DNA of 64,000 nt from Verrucomicrobiota bacterium. GTDB lineage: Bacteria; Verrucomicrobiota; Verrucomicrobiia; JABWAM01. A model generated the notes under the pieces. The model made no database searches, was not told the origin of the DNA, and was given only the letters and a program-made list of their open reading frames with translations. Made by a program: the position numbers and the translations under genes. Numbering within the stretch: position 1 is the first letter of the stretch; every line of letters starts with the position of its first letter. This document shows, in pieces, positions 37,581-51,874 of this stretch. The stretch is taken from positions 298 to 64,297 of the forward strand of contig JABDCI010000004.1 in NCBI GenBank assembly GCA_013288215.1. The letters run 5' to 3'.

Positions 37581-39353
37581 TCACATCTTCTCAAGTGTTT
37601 CAATTCCGAGAAGATCGAGTCCTTTTTTCAACGTGCGCGCTGTGAGATGGCATAATGCAAGCCGTGAAGAACGCACCGGTTCCTCGGCTTTGAGGACTGG
37701 GCAATTTTCGTAAAATTTGCTGAATTTTACGGCGAGATCGTAGAGGTAGTTTGTCAGGAGGTGAGGACGATATTCCTTGAGGATCGCATGTAACGTATCG
37801 CCGAATTGGATGAGATGCTTGCCGAGAGCCGTTTCTTCAGGCGTCCCAAGCTGAAATTTTCCCCCGAGGATTTTGGCGTCCTCCTTGCGGAAGATGGATT
37901 GGATGCGCACGTACGCATAGATGAGGTAAGGCGCCGTGTTTCCTTGGAGTGCGAGAAGCTTGTCCCAATCGAAAGTGTAGTCGAGATCGCGGTTTTGGCA
38001 AAGATCAGCATATTTGAGCGCTCCGAGTCCGATGACGCGTGCCGCTTGCTTCTTCTCCGCCTCTGTCAGTTCAGGATTCTTTGTCTCCACAAGCTTCATT
38101 GCCCGAGATTCCGCTTCGTCGAGCAGATCCTTTAATTTAATGGGTTCTCCTGAGCGAGTTTTGATCGGCTTTTTGTCCGGGCCAAGAATGCTCCCGAAAA
38201 TGATGTGCTGCAGTTCAGGTGCGGGTTTATTCAGGGCGCAGAACCATTGAGTTGCCGCCGTCCTGAGCTGTTTGAAATGAAGCTGCTGGCGTGCATCTGT
38301 GACATAAAGAATCTGGTTTGCTTTCCACTGGTCCGCCCGGTATCGAAACGCGGCAAGATCGGTGGTGGCATAGAGAAATCCACCGTCGGCCTTTTGAATG
38401 ATCATGGGCGCCGTTTTCGCGAGAGCAGGATCATTCTCAAAGAAGATGCAGATTGCCCCCTCACTTTCGCGGGCGATTCCAAGTTTCTTAAGTTCTTCAA
38501 CGACATGGGGGAGCTGCGGATTGTAGAAGCTTTCGCCAAGTTCATGATCGAACCGAATATCGAGTCGCTGGTAGGTCTGTTGAAATTCCTGGAGTGATTG
38601 AATGGAAATCTCCTTCCAGATGCGCAGATTCTCGGGATCACCCGATTGGAGTTTCACGAGTTCTTGGCGCACTCCTTGTAAAATATTCGGATCCTTTTCC
38701 GACAGGGTGTTGGTTTCTTTATAAAGGCGTTCGAATTCGGCAATGGGACTGGCCGCGAGCATTTTCTTGTCGAGAAAATGTTGATAGCCGTAAATTAATT
38801 TGCCGAATTGCGTGCCCCAGTCGCCCAAGTGATTGACGGTGATCACATGGTGGCCCACGGCCCGGGTGATACGCGCTAGCGCATTGCCAAGGAACGTGGA
38901 ACGGATGTGACCGACGTGCATCGATTTTGCGATGTTTGGACTGGAGAAATCGATGACGATGGTTGTGGGAGTTCCAACCTTGCGAGCGCCTGTATTTGGA
39001 TCAGCTGAAATGACACTGAGTTGTTCCGACACAAAATCAGATCTGAGATGAAAATTAATAAAGCCGGGACCCGCAATTTCAACCTTGTCGCAACTATCTG
39101 ACACCTCGAGCTTGTTGATGATCAAACGCGCCAGTTCTCGCGGATTTTGTTGCGTCGACTTTGCAATCAGCATGGCAGCGCTGCTCTGGTAGTCGCCAAA
39201 GCGAAGATCCTGGCAAGGGGTGACTGAAAGAGCAACGTTGGGATCGGACGATTGGAACTGCTGAACGGCTTGACGCAATGCCACAGCGAGTCGTTCGCGA
39301 ACATCGATGAGCGCTCTTGGGGAATCGATCATGAAAGCCGAAAAGATTAGCAA
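37581..39353 (-). CDS. argS: arginine--tRNA ligase
   Basis: SPNIAKSMHVGHIRST HIGH motif. ArgRS-specific C-terminal end ...LGIETLEKM. Confidence 0.95.
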   Translation of the reverse strand: MLIFSAFMIDSPRALIDVRERLAVALRQAVQQFQSSDPNVALSVTPCQDLRFGDYQSSAAMLIAKSTQQNPRELARLIINKLEVSDSCDKVEIAGPGFINFHLRSDFVSEQLSVISADPNTGARKVGTPTTIVIDFSSPNIAKSMHVGHIRSTFLGNALARITRAVGHHVITVNHLGDWGTQFGKLIYGYQHFLDKKMLAASPIAEFERLYKETNTLSEKDPNILQGVRQELVKLQSGDPENLRIWKEISIQSLQEFQQTYQRLDIRFDHELGESFYNPQLPHVVEELKKLGIARESEGAICIFFENDPALAKTAPMIIQKADGGFLYATTDLAAFRYRADQWKANQILYVTDARQQLHFKQLRTAATQWFCALNKPAPELQHIIFGSILGPDKKPIKTRSGEPIKLKDLLDEAESRAMKLVETKNPELTEAEKKQAARVIGLGALKYADLCQNRDLDYTFDWDKLLALQGNTAPYLIYAYVRIQSIFRKEDAKILGGKFQLGTPEETALGKHLIQFGDTLHAILKEYRPHLLTNYLYDLAVKFSKFYENCPVLKAEEPVRSSRLALCHLTARTLKKGLDLLGIETLEKM

Positions 39354-39424
39354 GTCACGCGATCTAAAGCAAAGGTCGGCTTCATGGCTACGGATAACCG
39401 GACGGTTGAACGCCGGCCAGCTTT

Positions 39425-39886
39425 TTACTGCTCTCGCTGCACAACAAGCTGATAAATTTCGTCCGCTGTTTGCGCCTGCTCCGCCTTTTCGCGAAAATCG
39501 CGATCGTTGAGGAACCGCGAAATGCTGGCGAGAGTCTTGAGATGCTGCTGATATTGACCGGCAGGGACGAGAAAAAGGACAACGAGTTTCACAAGCTGAT
39601 TGTCGAGCGAATCGAAATTGATTCCCGTCGAAGAGCGCGCGAAGACGGCAGTAACCTGAGTGATCGCATCCGTCGAGGCGTGGGGGATCGCGATTCCAAA
39701 GCCGATGCCGGTGCTCATGGTTTTTTCGCGGTTTTTGACGGCTTGGAGAACGGTATCCTTCTGAGCCTCAGGAATGCGTTTTTCCGCGACGAGATGGTTC
39801 ACGAGTGCGTCGATGGCCACCCATCGGTCGGTGGCGAGGAGATCCAGTATGATTTGACTTGGATTGATGATCTCAGAAAATTTCAT
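39425..39886 (-). CDS. ptsN: PTS EIIA-type-2 nitrogen regulatory protein (PtsN-like). The ORF is open to 39979.
   Basis: Active-site region GIAIPHASTD. N-terminal MKFSEIINP... Confidence 0.8.
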   Translation of the reverse strand: MKFSEIINPSQIILDLLATDRWVAIDALVNHLVAEKRIPEAQKDTVLQAVKNREKTMSTGIGFGIAIPHASTDAITQVTAVFARSSTGINFDSLDNQLVKLVVLFLVPAGQYQQHLKTLASISRFLNDRDFREKAEQAQTADEIYQLVVQREQ

Positions 39887-39938
39887 ACTGTGATGGATCA
39901 GTGGTACGAAGCCGGTAGGACTAAGACAAGCCCTTTTT

Positions 39939-40658
39939 TTATTTTGGATGGATGTTCTTTGAGAACAACTTAGGAACATGGCTCAGAAAATCCCATGTAG
40001 CGAGGTAAGATTCTCGGAATTCATGACTGAGATTCACGAACTTACGTTCGAATCCCTTCGGGCTGGGCAGGATCCAGAGCAGCAGAAGGATGGAACTTAA
40101 GTTAATGAGGAGGATGAGGACAAAAGAAAAAATATAACCCTGCGAGGAAAAATCGGTCTGGCGAGTGACCATCATGCGGCCGGTCATGGTCCAGTGGTAA
40201 CCGAGACAAAATCCGATGAGCACCCATGTGATTCCGAGGGTGATTGAGTTGGAATAGATCCAGTGAAAAAGCATGCTGAACGCTCCGAGAAGGATGGCGT
40301 AGAACGGGAAAAGGTAGGGAGCGAGCGTGATGAGAAAATTGGAACGGTCGGAGATGACGTAACCGCGATCCCGTTTTACCGCAATCTTTTTTACTTTTCC
40401 TCCGCAGAGCTTGATGAAAAGCGCGTGGGTTAGCTCGTGAGCGAAAACATAGATGCGCGTGGGCAATCGGAAGAGTAATGCGAACATGATCCAGATGGCA
40501 ATTCCACCAAGACAGAGGCTGAGTGCGTTTTCAAGAAACAGCATGCGCTCGTTGAGGCTCGTGGCATGTTTCCATATCGCTTCCACCAGAATGGGAAGAG
40601 CGGGTAGTAGGAAAAGAGCAATCAAAAATTTAATTGCTTTGATTAAAAAAATCCGCAC
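39939..40658 (-). CDS. integral membrane protein with an HExxH motif (putative intramembrane zinc metalloprotease)
   Basis: FAHELTHALF next to and inside hydrophobic helices. About 6 TM segments. Confidence 0.45.
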   Translation of the reverse strand: MRIFLIKAIKFLIALFLLPALPILVEAIWKHATSLNERMLFLENALSLCLGGIAIWIMFALLFRLPTRIYVFAHELTHALFIKLCGGKVKKIAVKRDRGYVISDRSNFLITLAPYLFPFYAILLGAFSMLFHWIYSNSITLGITWVLIGFCLGYHWTMTGRMMVTRQTDFSSQGYIFSFVLILLINLSSILLLLWILPSPKGFERKFVNLSHEFRESYLATWDFLSHVPKLFSKNIHPK

Positions 40659-40755
40659 AATGGTGTGTTCCTAGGAGTAGGGTTTTGCTTTGGGGCAATG
40701 AGAGCCTTGGGCAGTCCTTCTCACAATCATTGGATTCTTTAATTCACCCATTCGT

Positions 40756-41019
40756 ATGCCGAAAGCAAAATCCGCAGAAAAACAAGCTCGCGCCAGCGAA
40801 CGCAAACGTCTTCGCAACCAGGCAGTGAAAACCAAAATTCGTTCCGGATTGAAGGCTTTCCTGCAGCTTTCTAAGACCGATGCAGCGAAAGCTCGCGAGC
40901 AGGGCCGTCATGTGATTTCGTGGATGGATCGAGCTGTAAAGAACCGAGTGATTCATTTCAACGTGGCGCGTCGTCATAAATCCCGCCTCATGACCAAGCT
41001 CAATGCCCTCGCGAAGTAA
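40756..41019 (+). CDS. rpsT: 30S ribosomal protein S20
   Basis: MPKAKSAEKQARASERKRLRNQAVKTKIRS... aligns to S20 over its full length. Confidence 0.9.
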   Translation: MPKAKSAEKQARASERKRLRNQAVKTKIRSGLKAFLQLSKTDAAKAREQGRHVISWMDRAVKNRVIHFNVARRHKSRLMTKLNALAK

Positions 41020-41025
41020 GTTTTT

Positions 41026-41265
41026 ATGAACAATCAATTTCTCGCTGAAGCGCTCAAGAACGTGAAGAATCCGAACATCCTCGTCAACATGGTTTCGCAG
41101 CGTGTGCGTCAACTGGGGCAGGGACATAAGGCGCTTGTCGCGGCTGATGCGCGGATGTCCTTCATGGATGTCGCTCTCAAGGAAATCGCAGAAGGCAAAC
41201 TGGACTACGAATTGCCGCCCGAGGAGCCTGTCACGAGTGGCAAGCCGGCAAAGAAGAAAAAATAG
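41026..41265 (+). CDS. rpoZ: DNA-directed RNA polymerase subunit omega
   Basis: NPNILVNMVSQRVRQL and ALKEIAEGKL match omega (FDLVLVAARRARQ...ALREIEEG). Confidence 0.75.
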   Translation: MNNQFLAEALKNVKNPNILVNMVSQRVRQLGQGHKALVAADARMSFMDVALKEIAEGKLDYELPPEEPVTSGKPAKKKK

Positions 41266-41284
41266 ACCCTTATTTCTGGCATCG

Positions 41285-41311
41285 AGGCCGGCCCTGTGGC
41301 CGGCCTTTTTT
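41285..41311 (+). terminator. rho-independent terminator downstream of rpoZ
   Basis: aGGCCGGCC-ctgt-GGCCGGCC followed by TTTTTT. Confidence 0.8.
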
Positions 41312-41317
41312 GTTGGT

Positions 41318-41770
41318 ATGGATACGAAAGAAATTCTCAATCGAAAGGCTCGCCACGACTTCCTGGTTCTGGAGACCTATGAAGCTGGCATTGTACTGAC
41401 GGGAACCGAGGTGAAATCCATCCGCCTCGGTAAAGCGAGTCTCATCGGCGCTTTCGGCAAGGTGGATAAAGACGAGGTATGGCTAATCGGATCGCACATC
41501 GACGAGTACGCACAGGGAAATCGCAACAACCATGATCCAAAACGTTTTCGAAAACTCCTGCTCAAAAAGTCGGAAATTGAAAAACTCAAATCTTTTTCCG
41601 ATATCAAAGGCCGCGCACTGATCCCTCTGAAGATCTATTTCAACAACCGGGGGTTTGCGAAGGTGCTCCTCGCAGTATGCGAAGGTAAAACACACATGGA
41701 TCGTCGCGAAGACATCAAAAAACGCGATACCGAACGCGAAATGCGTCAGGCCATGAAACGGCGTCGTTAA
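41318..41770 (+). CDS. smpB: SsrA-binding protein
   Basis: NRKARHDFLVLETYEAGIVLTGTEVKSIR... The ORF track starts at 41102 and overlaps rpoZ. Confidence 0.92.
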   Translation: MDTKEILNRKARHDFLVLETYEAGIVLTGTEVKSIRLGKASLIGAFGKVDKDEVWLIGSHIDEYAQGNRNNHDPKRFRKLLLKKSEIEKLKSFSDIKGRALIPLKIYFNNRGFAKVLLAVCEGKTHMDRREDIKKRDTEREMRQAMKRRR

Positions 41771-42042
41771 GGATCGGATCCCCCCAGCAGGTCTGCTCCA
41801 GATCAATCCCAAGAAGCGCCCATCTAACGTATTGATCAAGAACAAGTTGCGACATTTTGACTCAACCACTTGGAAGGCCTTGGTTCGGCTGGTTCAAACT
41901 GTCTCTGGAGAGTGGTGCTCAATCAGGTGCGACGGTTCAGTTGCGGTAGTGTAAAAAGGGATGATTTTTTTAGAAAAACTTTCGGATCTCTTGTGATTTC
42001 GATTTTTTTGTTGTCCGCTTGATCGTGATTTTCAGAGGTAAA

Positions 42043-42123
42043 ATGGAACGCTGAAAAAAAATGCAAAAAAGATGCGAAAAAAACAAAAAGGGGATTGACG
42101 CTGGCTCAGACATTCACTATGGT
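42043..42123 (+). promoter_or_regulatory. rrn operon promoter: A-tract UP element, then -35 TTGACG (42095-42100), a 17-nt spacer and -10 TATGGT (42118-42123)
   Basis: Consensus-like hexamers with optimal spacing about 330 nt upstream of the 16S start. A-rich tracts immediately upstream. Confidence 0.6.
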
Positions 42124-42449
42124 GTCACTCCCTTAATTTGAAAAGCAGCTCACGTCAGTGAAGCTTTTCTGGGCGTCTCAAAGCAGTTTCGTAATGAAAC
42201 AACGCTGGGACGCTTGTTCTCTGAAAACGAAATCTGACGTCCTATGGCGCGCGAGCGACACGGGATGAAAGAGACGCAAAGATTGGATTGTGCGATACGT
42301 CAATGAGTTTGAGTATCCTCGTTCGCTTGTCGAATGAGGACACTCCCAAATAGAAGTCATGGCGATCCGCTTCGGCGGATCAAAAATGACAAAATCAGTA
42401 ACAAACTACTCGAAACTTTGACCTGAGAGAAATCGAAGGTCGCAAGTTT

Positions 42450-44021
<1,572 letters not shown>

Positions 44022-44215
44022 TAAACAAGGAAACTTTTGTTTCCAATGTTACGGTCGAAAAACTTGTTGAACGTATCGCACAATTCAATCTTTGCGACAG
44101 ACAAAGCTGTAAGCTTAAAAGCTACAAGCCACAAAAGAAGCGCAGCCTTATGGCTGTCAGCCCTTCGTGAAGTTCGTTGATGGCTGATGGCAAAAGAGCT
44201 GACGGCTTCTGAAGC

Positions 44216-44292
44216 GGGCGTGTAGCTCAGCTGGTTAGAGCATGCGCTTGATAAGCGCAGGGTCGCTGGTTCGATTCCAGCCACGCCCACCA
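44216..44292 (+). tRNA. tRNA-Ile (anticodon GAT), CCA encoded
   Basis: Cloverleaf. Anticodon loop ttGATaa. Acceptor GGGCGTG/CACGCCC. Confidence 0.95.
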
Positions 44293-44297
44293 TACTT

Positions 44298-44373
44298 GGG
44301 GGCATAGCTCAGTTGGTAGAGCGGCAGCTTTGCAAGCTGTAGGTCAGGGGTTCGAATCCCCTTGCCTCCACCA
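44298..44373 (+). tRNA. tRNA-Ala (anticodon TGC), CCA encoded
   Basis: G3:U70 identity pair. Anticodon loop ctTGCaa. Confidence 0.95.
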
Positions 44374-44551
44374 CTTTGCAATCGGAATGAGACAGATTTC
44401 GAATTAAAATTTTCGGTTCGATCCAACAAGTCGAACTGACGTTCTTTGACATATTCAGTAATTGTTGTGGGTAACTACAACAAGCGCTGAGAGAATAGAC
44501 ATCAGACAGGCGAACCAAATTTTCCCGAGTCACGCAAGTGATTTGGGACGA

Positions 44552-47434
<2,883 letters not shown>

Positions 47435-47637
47435 CCAACTTCAAACGCCATGTTTTGATCGTTTATCTCTTGGCGCTTGTTGTGGTTACCTCAACAGCGG
47501 TGATAAAAATCACCGCAGTCGAAGCATGGATGAACCATGCTCGGCAAGATTACTGAATATTAAAATTTGTTCGTTTGAAGGATCGTCCCGCTGTCGATCC
47601 TTCAACTTCGAGCACGCGTGCAAGCGCGCAAGAATTT

Positions 47638-47753
47638 CCCGGTGGCTAACATCTGTGGCCCGACCCGTTCCCATCCCGAACACGGCAGTCAAACGCAGAA
47701 TTACCGATGGTAGTGGTTGTATAGCTTCCGCGAGAGTAGGTTGCTGCCGGGGT
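47638..47753 (+). rRNA. rrf: 5S ribosomal RNA
   Basis: CCGGTGGC...CCGAACACGGCAGT...GTAGG...GCTGCCGGG. Confidence 0.9.
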
Positions 47754-47763
47754 TTATTTCAAG

Positions 47764-47799
47764 AGGAGCTGGTCCGAAAGGATCAGCTCCTTTTTTTTT
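47764..47799 (+). terminator. rrn operon rho-independent terminator
   Basis: AGGAGCTGGTCC-gaaa-GGATCAGCTCCT followed by T9. Confidence 0.85.
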
Positions 47800-47836
47800 G
47801 ACGTTGTGAATCTTTGGAAGCCGGAGGGAGATCGAC

Positions 47837-48481
47837 CTAATCCGTCAATTCTTTTTCCGTCACGACTTTGTAGTAATAGTCGAAAATATCGGGAAGTTTT
47901 TTATGGGTTGTCCCTTCGATGCGAAGACTGTTATTGACAATGGCTATTTGCACGATTTGCTCGTTAAATAATTTTTTAAGGCCATGAGCGGTGACGCTGT
48001 AGATGATCATCTTCGGAATTTCCTGGGGGATTTTACTCCAATCTTCATCTGTCAGCTGCGGCGGCCCGAGGAACGATACAATGGCGGAGAGATTGGGGTG
48101 TTGTTCCAATATTTTGAAATAAAGCTTGGAATCTATATTCGATCCCAATCCACGTGGTAGGGATTTCGGAGAGATTTTTTCTTCATAGGCCACAGTGATG
48201 TTGCTTTCTTCTTTCAAGGTGGTGAAGAAAGTGGCCATCTGAACCTTGAACGGTTTGATGTTTAATTCTGATCCATCAAGATAGATGACAGCAATCTGGC
48301 CCTTCTTGTTCAGAAGTTTCGAAGTCTCGATGGCCATGCCGTAGCCGAGCCCCTGGTACGGTCGAAGGTTCATTCTGGGCTGGAAGTGACATTGATTCAG
48401 GAATATCGTGGACAATGAAACCATGATCACAACAATCGAAATGGTTTTGACGATGGGTTTCTTTTTTTCGTCAATCTTCAT
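47837..48481 (-). CDS. hypothetical exported or membrane-anchored protein (AT-rich gene)
   Basis: N-terminal hydrophobic anchor IVKTISIVVIMVSLSTIFL. Noticeably AT-richer than its neighbours. No recognised domain. Confidence 0.5.
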   Translation of the reverse strand: MKIDEKKKPIVKTISIVVIMVSLSTIFLNQCHFQPRMNLRPYQGLGYGMAIETSKLLNKKGQIAVIYLDGSELNIKPFKVQMATFFTTLKEESNITVAYEEKISPKSLPRGLGSNIDSKLYFKILEQHPNLSAIVSFLGPPQLTDEDWSKIPQEIPKMIIYSVTAHGLKKLFNEQIVQIAIVNNSLRIEGTTHKKLPDIFDYYYKVVTEKELTD

Positions 48482-48675
48482 GGAATCTCACAAGAATTTA
48501 TACAGTTAGGCTGCCTGTCTGACGATAAAAAATAAAAATAGAAAGTCAGGCTCCATCTGAAATGACGATGGATCTCTTTTCCCTATAATAAAAAAACTCG
48601 CTCACCGAGTAAATTCACGCCATGATCCTTCTGACAGTCCCTCCATGTGCAGCGCAAAGTCTTCAGGGGTCCAAA

Positions 48676-48750
48676 GGGCGATTAGCTCAGTGGTAGAGCA
48701 CCTGCTTTACACGCAGGCCGCCGGGGGTTCGAATCCCTCATCGCCCACCA
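48676..48750 (+). tRNA. tRNA-Val (anticodon TAC), CCA encoded
   Basis: Near-identical to the E. coli tRNA-Val(UAC) scaffold. Anticodon loop ttTACac. Confidence 0.95.
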
Positions 48751-48753
48751 TTC

Positions 48754-49944
48754 TCAGCTATAGGAGACGACATCGTAATCCGGAACTGAAAGATTCGGAG
48801 GCTTGACCGCAGATCCCGATGGTTCTGGATATTCAAAAACTTTTCCTTGGAAGTTTCGAAACACAACCCGTTCCTCGTCCTTGTAAATGACATAATCAGG
48901 ATTGATCGGCACTTTTCCTCCTCCCCCTGGCGCGTCAATCACGAACTGCGGAACAGCGTAACCGGAAGTAAATCCTCGCAGTCCCTCGATGATTTCCAAT
49001 CCTTTGCTTACGATTGAACGCAAGTGCTTTGCGCCGTGGATCAGATCGCATTGGTAAAGATAGTAAGGTCGAACACGACAAAACAGCAATTTCTGGACGA
49101 GTTCCTTCATCGTTTCCACATCGTCATTGACGCCTTGGAGCAGGACGCTTTGGTTGCCAAGCGGAATGCCTGAATCGGCCAGGCGTCCAAGTGCCTGGTG
49201 CACTTCCGTGGTGAGTTCCCTCGGATGATTGGTATGAATGCTCATCCAGAGAGGATGATGTCGTTTCAAGATGCCGCAGAGTTGAGGTGTGATGCGTTGC
49301 GGCAGGAAAATGGGAATTCGAGATCCGATACGCAAAAATTCAAGATGAGGAATGGCTCGAAGACGGCCAAGCAGGTGGTCCAGTTTTTCATCGCTCAACA
49401 AAAGGGGATCGCCGCCGGAAAGAAGCACGTCCCGAATTTCGGTGTGGGATTTGAGATAATCGATGGCCCGATCGAGTTCCGGATGGAAATCATAGCCGCT
49501 GGCTCCGCTCACGAGCCGACTGCGCGTGCAATAACGACAATAGGAAGCGCATCGGTCCGTTACGAGAAGAAGCACCCGATCCGGATAACGGTGCACCAGG
49601 CCGGGCACAGGAGAAGTCGTGTCTTCCCCGACGGGATCGAGCATTTCGGAAGGATCGACATAGCTCTCGTCGATGGTTGGAATCACTTGCTTGCGAATGG
49701 GACAATGCGGGTTTTTCTTGTCGATCAGAGAAAAAAAGTGGGGTGTGATTCCCAAGGAAAGTTTTGTTCCCGATAGGCGAATACCCGCCCGCTCCGCTGA
49801 AGAAAGGACCAGACGGCTTTCCAAATCTTCTAGCGTCGTCAAGCGATGCTTGAGTTGCCATTTCCAGTCATTCCAATCTGAATCCATCACTTCCATCCAG
49901 TCTGCTCGGGGAGCCGGATGGAACCTTGCCAAACCTCGTGTCAT
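48754..49944 (-). CDS. kamA: lysine 2,3-aminomutase (radical SAM, KamA family). The ORF is open to 50013.
   Basis: CASYCRYCTRS (CxxxCxxC). DWNDWKWQ, SPVPGLVHRYPDRVLLLVT and VIDAPGGGGK align closely to Bacillus KamA. Confidence 0.9.
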   Translation of the reverse strand: MTRGLARFHPAPRADWMEVMDSDWNDWKWQLKHRLTTLEDLESRLVLSSAERAGIRLSGTKLSLGITPHFFSLIDKKNPHCPIRKQVIPTIDESYVDPSEMLDPVGEDTTSPVPGLVHRYPDRVLLLVTDRCASYCRYCTRSRLVSGASGYDFHPELDRAIDYLKSHTEIRDVLLSGGDPLLLSDEKLDHLLGRLRAIPHLEFLRIGSRIPIFLPQRITPQLCGILKRHHPLWMSIHTNHPRELTTEVHQALGRLADSGIPLGNQSVLLQGVNDDVETMKELVQKLLFCRVRPYYLYQCDLIHGAKHLRSIVSKGLEIIEGLRGFTSGYAVPQFVIDAPGGGGKVPINPDYVIYKDEERVVFRNFQGKVFEYPEPSGSAVKPPNLSVPDYDVVSYS

Positions 49945-50408
49945 GATCGAAGATGCTTCGGTTCTCATGAAAAATACAAAACAGATTATGAGGCACTTGG
50001 AAAGAGGTGTCAAATGAGGATGAAGATGCTCCTGTGCCGCCTTCCTTTAGTGAGATCTAAAGAGTTCACATTAAGTTAATTATGAAAGTCAATATCGGTT
50101 TTTTTAAACCCCTCCGCAATTGAATTTCACTTCATTGGAATGTGTTCACAACGAGAAGAAATTGCTCAAAGTTTGCGCAGATGACACACTTCGTGGTGTC
50201 GAAGGAATATCCCGATCTCAAAAAACGAATCAAAATTTTCTGCAGTTGCAAATAAGGATCCAATGGATCGCAAATCAGCTTGCTGACCGGCGCGAATTTC
50301 AAGATCGAAGAAGCGGATCGCGCGGTTCCGAAGGCGAGCTTCAGTGGACGTCTCGTAAGAAGTTTATTCTCTCTTGGCGTTCATGCTGACTTGGCTGTAA
50401 GTTCTATC

Positions 50409-51728
50409 GTGCGACGAACTTTGATTTGTGTCTTTTTCTTTTACACCTTCGGCGCACAAGCCGTTACGATTCATGTGGTTCGCCCTGTCGAGGCGGAGGA
50501 ATTGTCGATGCCCATTGGATTTACGTTTGTGGTAGGAACGGTCAGTCCCCCCGATTCGGTTGTGACCTGCAATGGAACTTTGTGCGATGTGGATGAGGAT
50601 GGAGCTTTTCTAGGTTTTGTCCCGATTCGCCTGAATCAGGGTTGGTTGGAGCGTAAGGGGCAGCTTTGCGATGCGGAATTTACGTTTGTAGCGCGTCATG
50701 AAGATGAAATGGCGCGCGAAGTGATTGACGTGTTCACGCCGCGAAGTCCCTCTGCAGCGAAGTTAGCCCAGGCTGTTTTCGAGCCAGAAAAGACGGCTCG
50801 TGTGCTTCGCGACCAATGGGTTGGCTTGGAAGGCGACAATCTCGGTGATGTCGCGCTTATCCCGAAAGATGCACGGGTTCAGGTGGCTTCGGGAAGTGCG
50901 TCGAACTACACCTGCCGCCTTCCGCAAGGAGAGGAAATTACGATTTCAGCGAGTGAACTTGAAACAGACGAGGGTGCCGGGGTCGCCGAACTCACTCCGA
51001 AAGTGTTTCATATTCCAGACCAAACCGAAATTTCTCCGTTCTGGAAGGCTTCGGCGGAGTGTCCCCGTGCCTGGGGTTTTTGGGCTTTCTCTGAGGGGGA
51101 ACATCTCGATGTGAAAGTAAAGTGTTCATTACGCCAAGCCGAAGGACCTGTGGATGAATCACGGCCGTTGAACGATTTTAAAATCTGTCTCGATCCTGGG
51201 CATCATCCCGATCCCGGCGCGATTGGTCCGCGTGGATTCGAGGAACGCCATTCCACGCTGCTGATTGCGCATGAAACAGCGGAATTATTGCGCGCGGAGG
51301 GTGCAGAAGTGGAGTTCACTCGTGAGGAGGATCCATTGCCGCTCAAAGAAAGGCATGCACGGATTCACCATATGAATCCGGATATCATGGTTAGTATCCA
51401 TAATAATTCCGTGGGCGATGGGGATGACCCCCGACTGAGGCGAGGAACGCAAACGTTTTATCTTTATCCGTGGTCGAAGCCGTTGGCAGAAGAGGTTCAT
51501 CATGCCATCCTGGAGGAATTAGGAACGCAAGACCGGGGATGCATCCAACGAAATCTCTACATGACTCGTTATCCCGGATGTCCCAGCATCCTGATCGAGC
51601 CGGAATACCTCATCATTCCGGACCAGGAAAAAAAGTTCATGAATCCCGAATATCGACATCGACTGGCGACCGCGATCGTGAAAGGGATTCGCAACTTTGT
51701 GCTTCGAACGACGTCAAACGCGTCCTAG
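50409..51728 (+). CDS. N-acetylmuramoyl-L-alanine amidase (Amidase_3 / AmiC type) with an N-terminal domain. A GTG start is proposed; the ORF track starts at 50280.
   Basis: Signal peptide MRRTLICVFFFYTFGAQA. C-terminal KICLDPGHHPDPGA...MVSIHNNS. Confidence 0.75.
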   Translation: MRRTLICVFFFYTFGAQAVTIHVVRPVEAEELSMPIGFTFVVGTVSPPDSVVTCNGTLCDVDEDGAFLGFVPIRLNQGWLERKGQLCDAEFTFVARHEDEMAREVIDVFTPRSPSAAKLAQAVFEPEKTARVLRDQWVGLEGDNLGDVALIPKDARVQVASGSASNYTCRLPQGEEITISASELETDEGAGVAELTPKVFHIPDQTEISPFWKASAECPRAWGFWAFSEGEHLDVKVKCSLRQAEGPVDESRPLNDFKICLDPGHHPDPGAIGPRGFEERHSTLLIAHETAELLRAEGAEVEFTREEDPLPLKERHARIHHMNPDIMVSIHNNSVGDGDDPRLRRGTQTFYLYPWSKPLAEEVHHAILEELGTQDRGCIQRNLYMTRYPGCPSILIEPEYLIIPDQEKKFMNPEYRHRLATAIVKGIRNFVLRTTSNAS

Positions 51729-51783
51729 AAAATAAAACTGCTTGCTTGGCGATGGCAGGACAGTAAATTGGTTGTTTTCCACC

Positions 51784-51857
51784 GGCGGGTTAGCCAAGTG
51801 GTAAGGCAGGGCTCTGCAAAAGCCCCATCGTCGGTTCGACTCCGACACCCGCCTCCA
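51784..51857 (+). tRNA. tRNA-Cys (anticodon GCA), CCA encoded
   Basis: Anticodon loop ctGCAaa. U73 discriminator. Acceptor GGCGGGT/ACCCGCC. Confidence 0.93.
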
Positions 51858-51874
51858 CCTTTGGGCTCTTTTTA

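Noticed and set aside
41771-42090. Search for a tmRNA (ssrA) gene downstream of smpB
   Set aside because: No GGGG…TTCGAC 5' end, no resume-codon or tag-peptide region, and no tRNA-like 3' end ending …TCCACCA were found.
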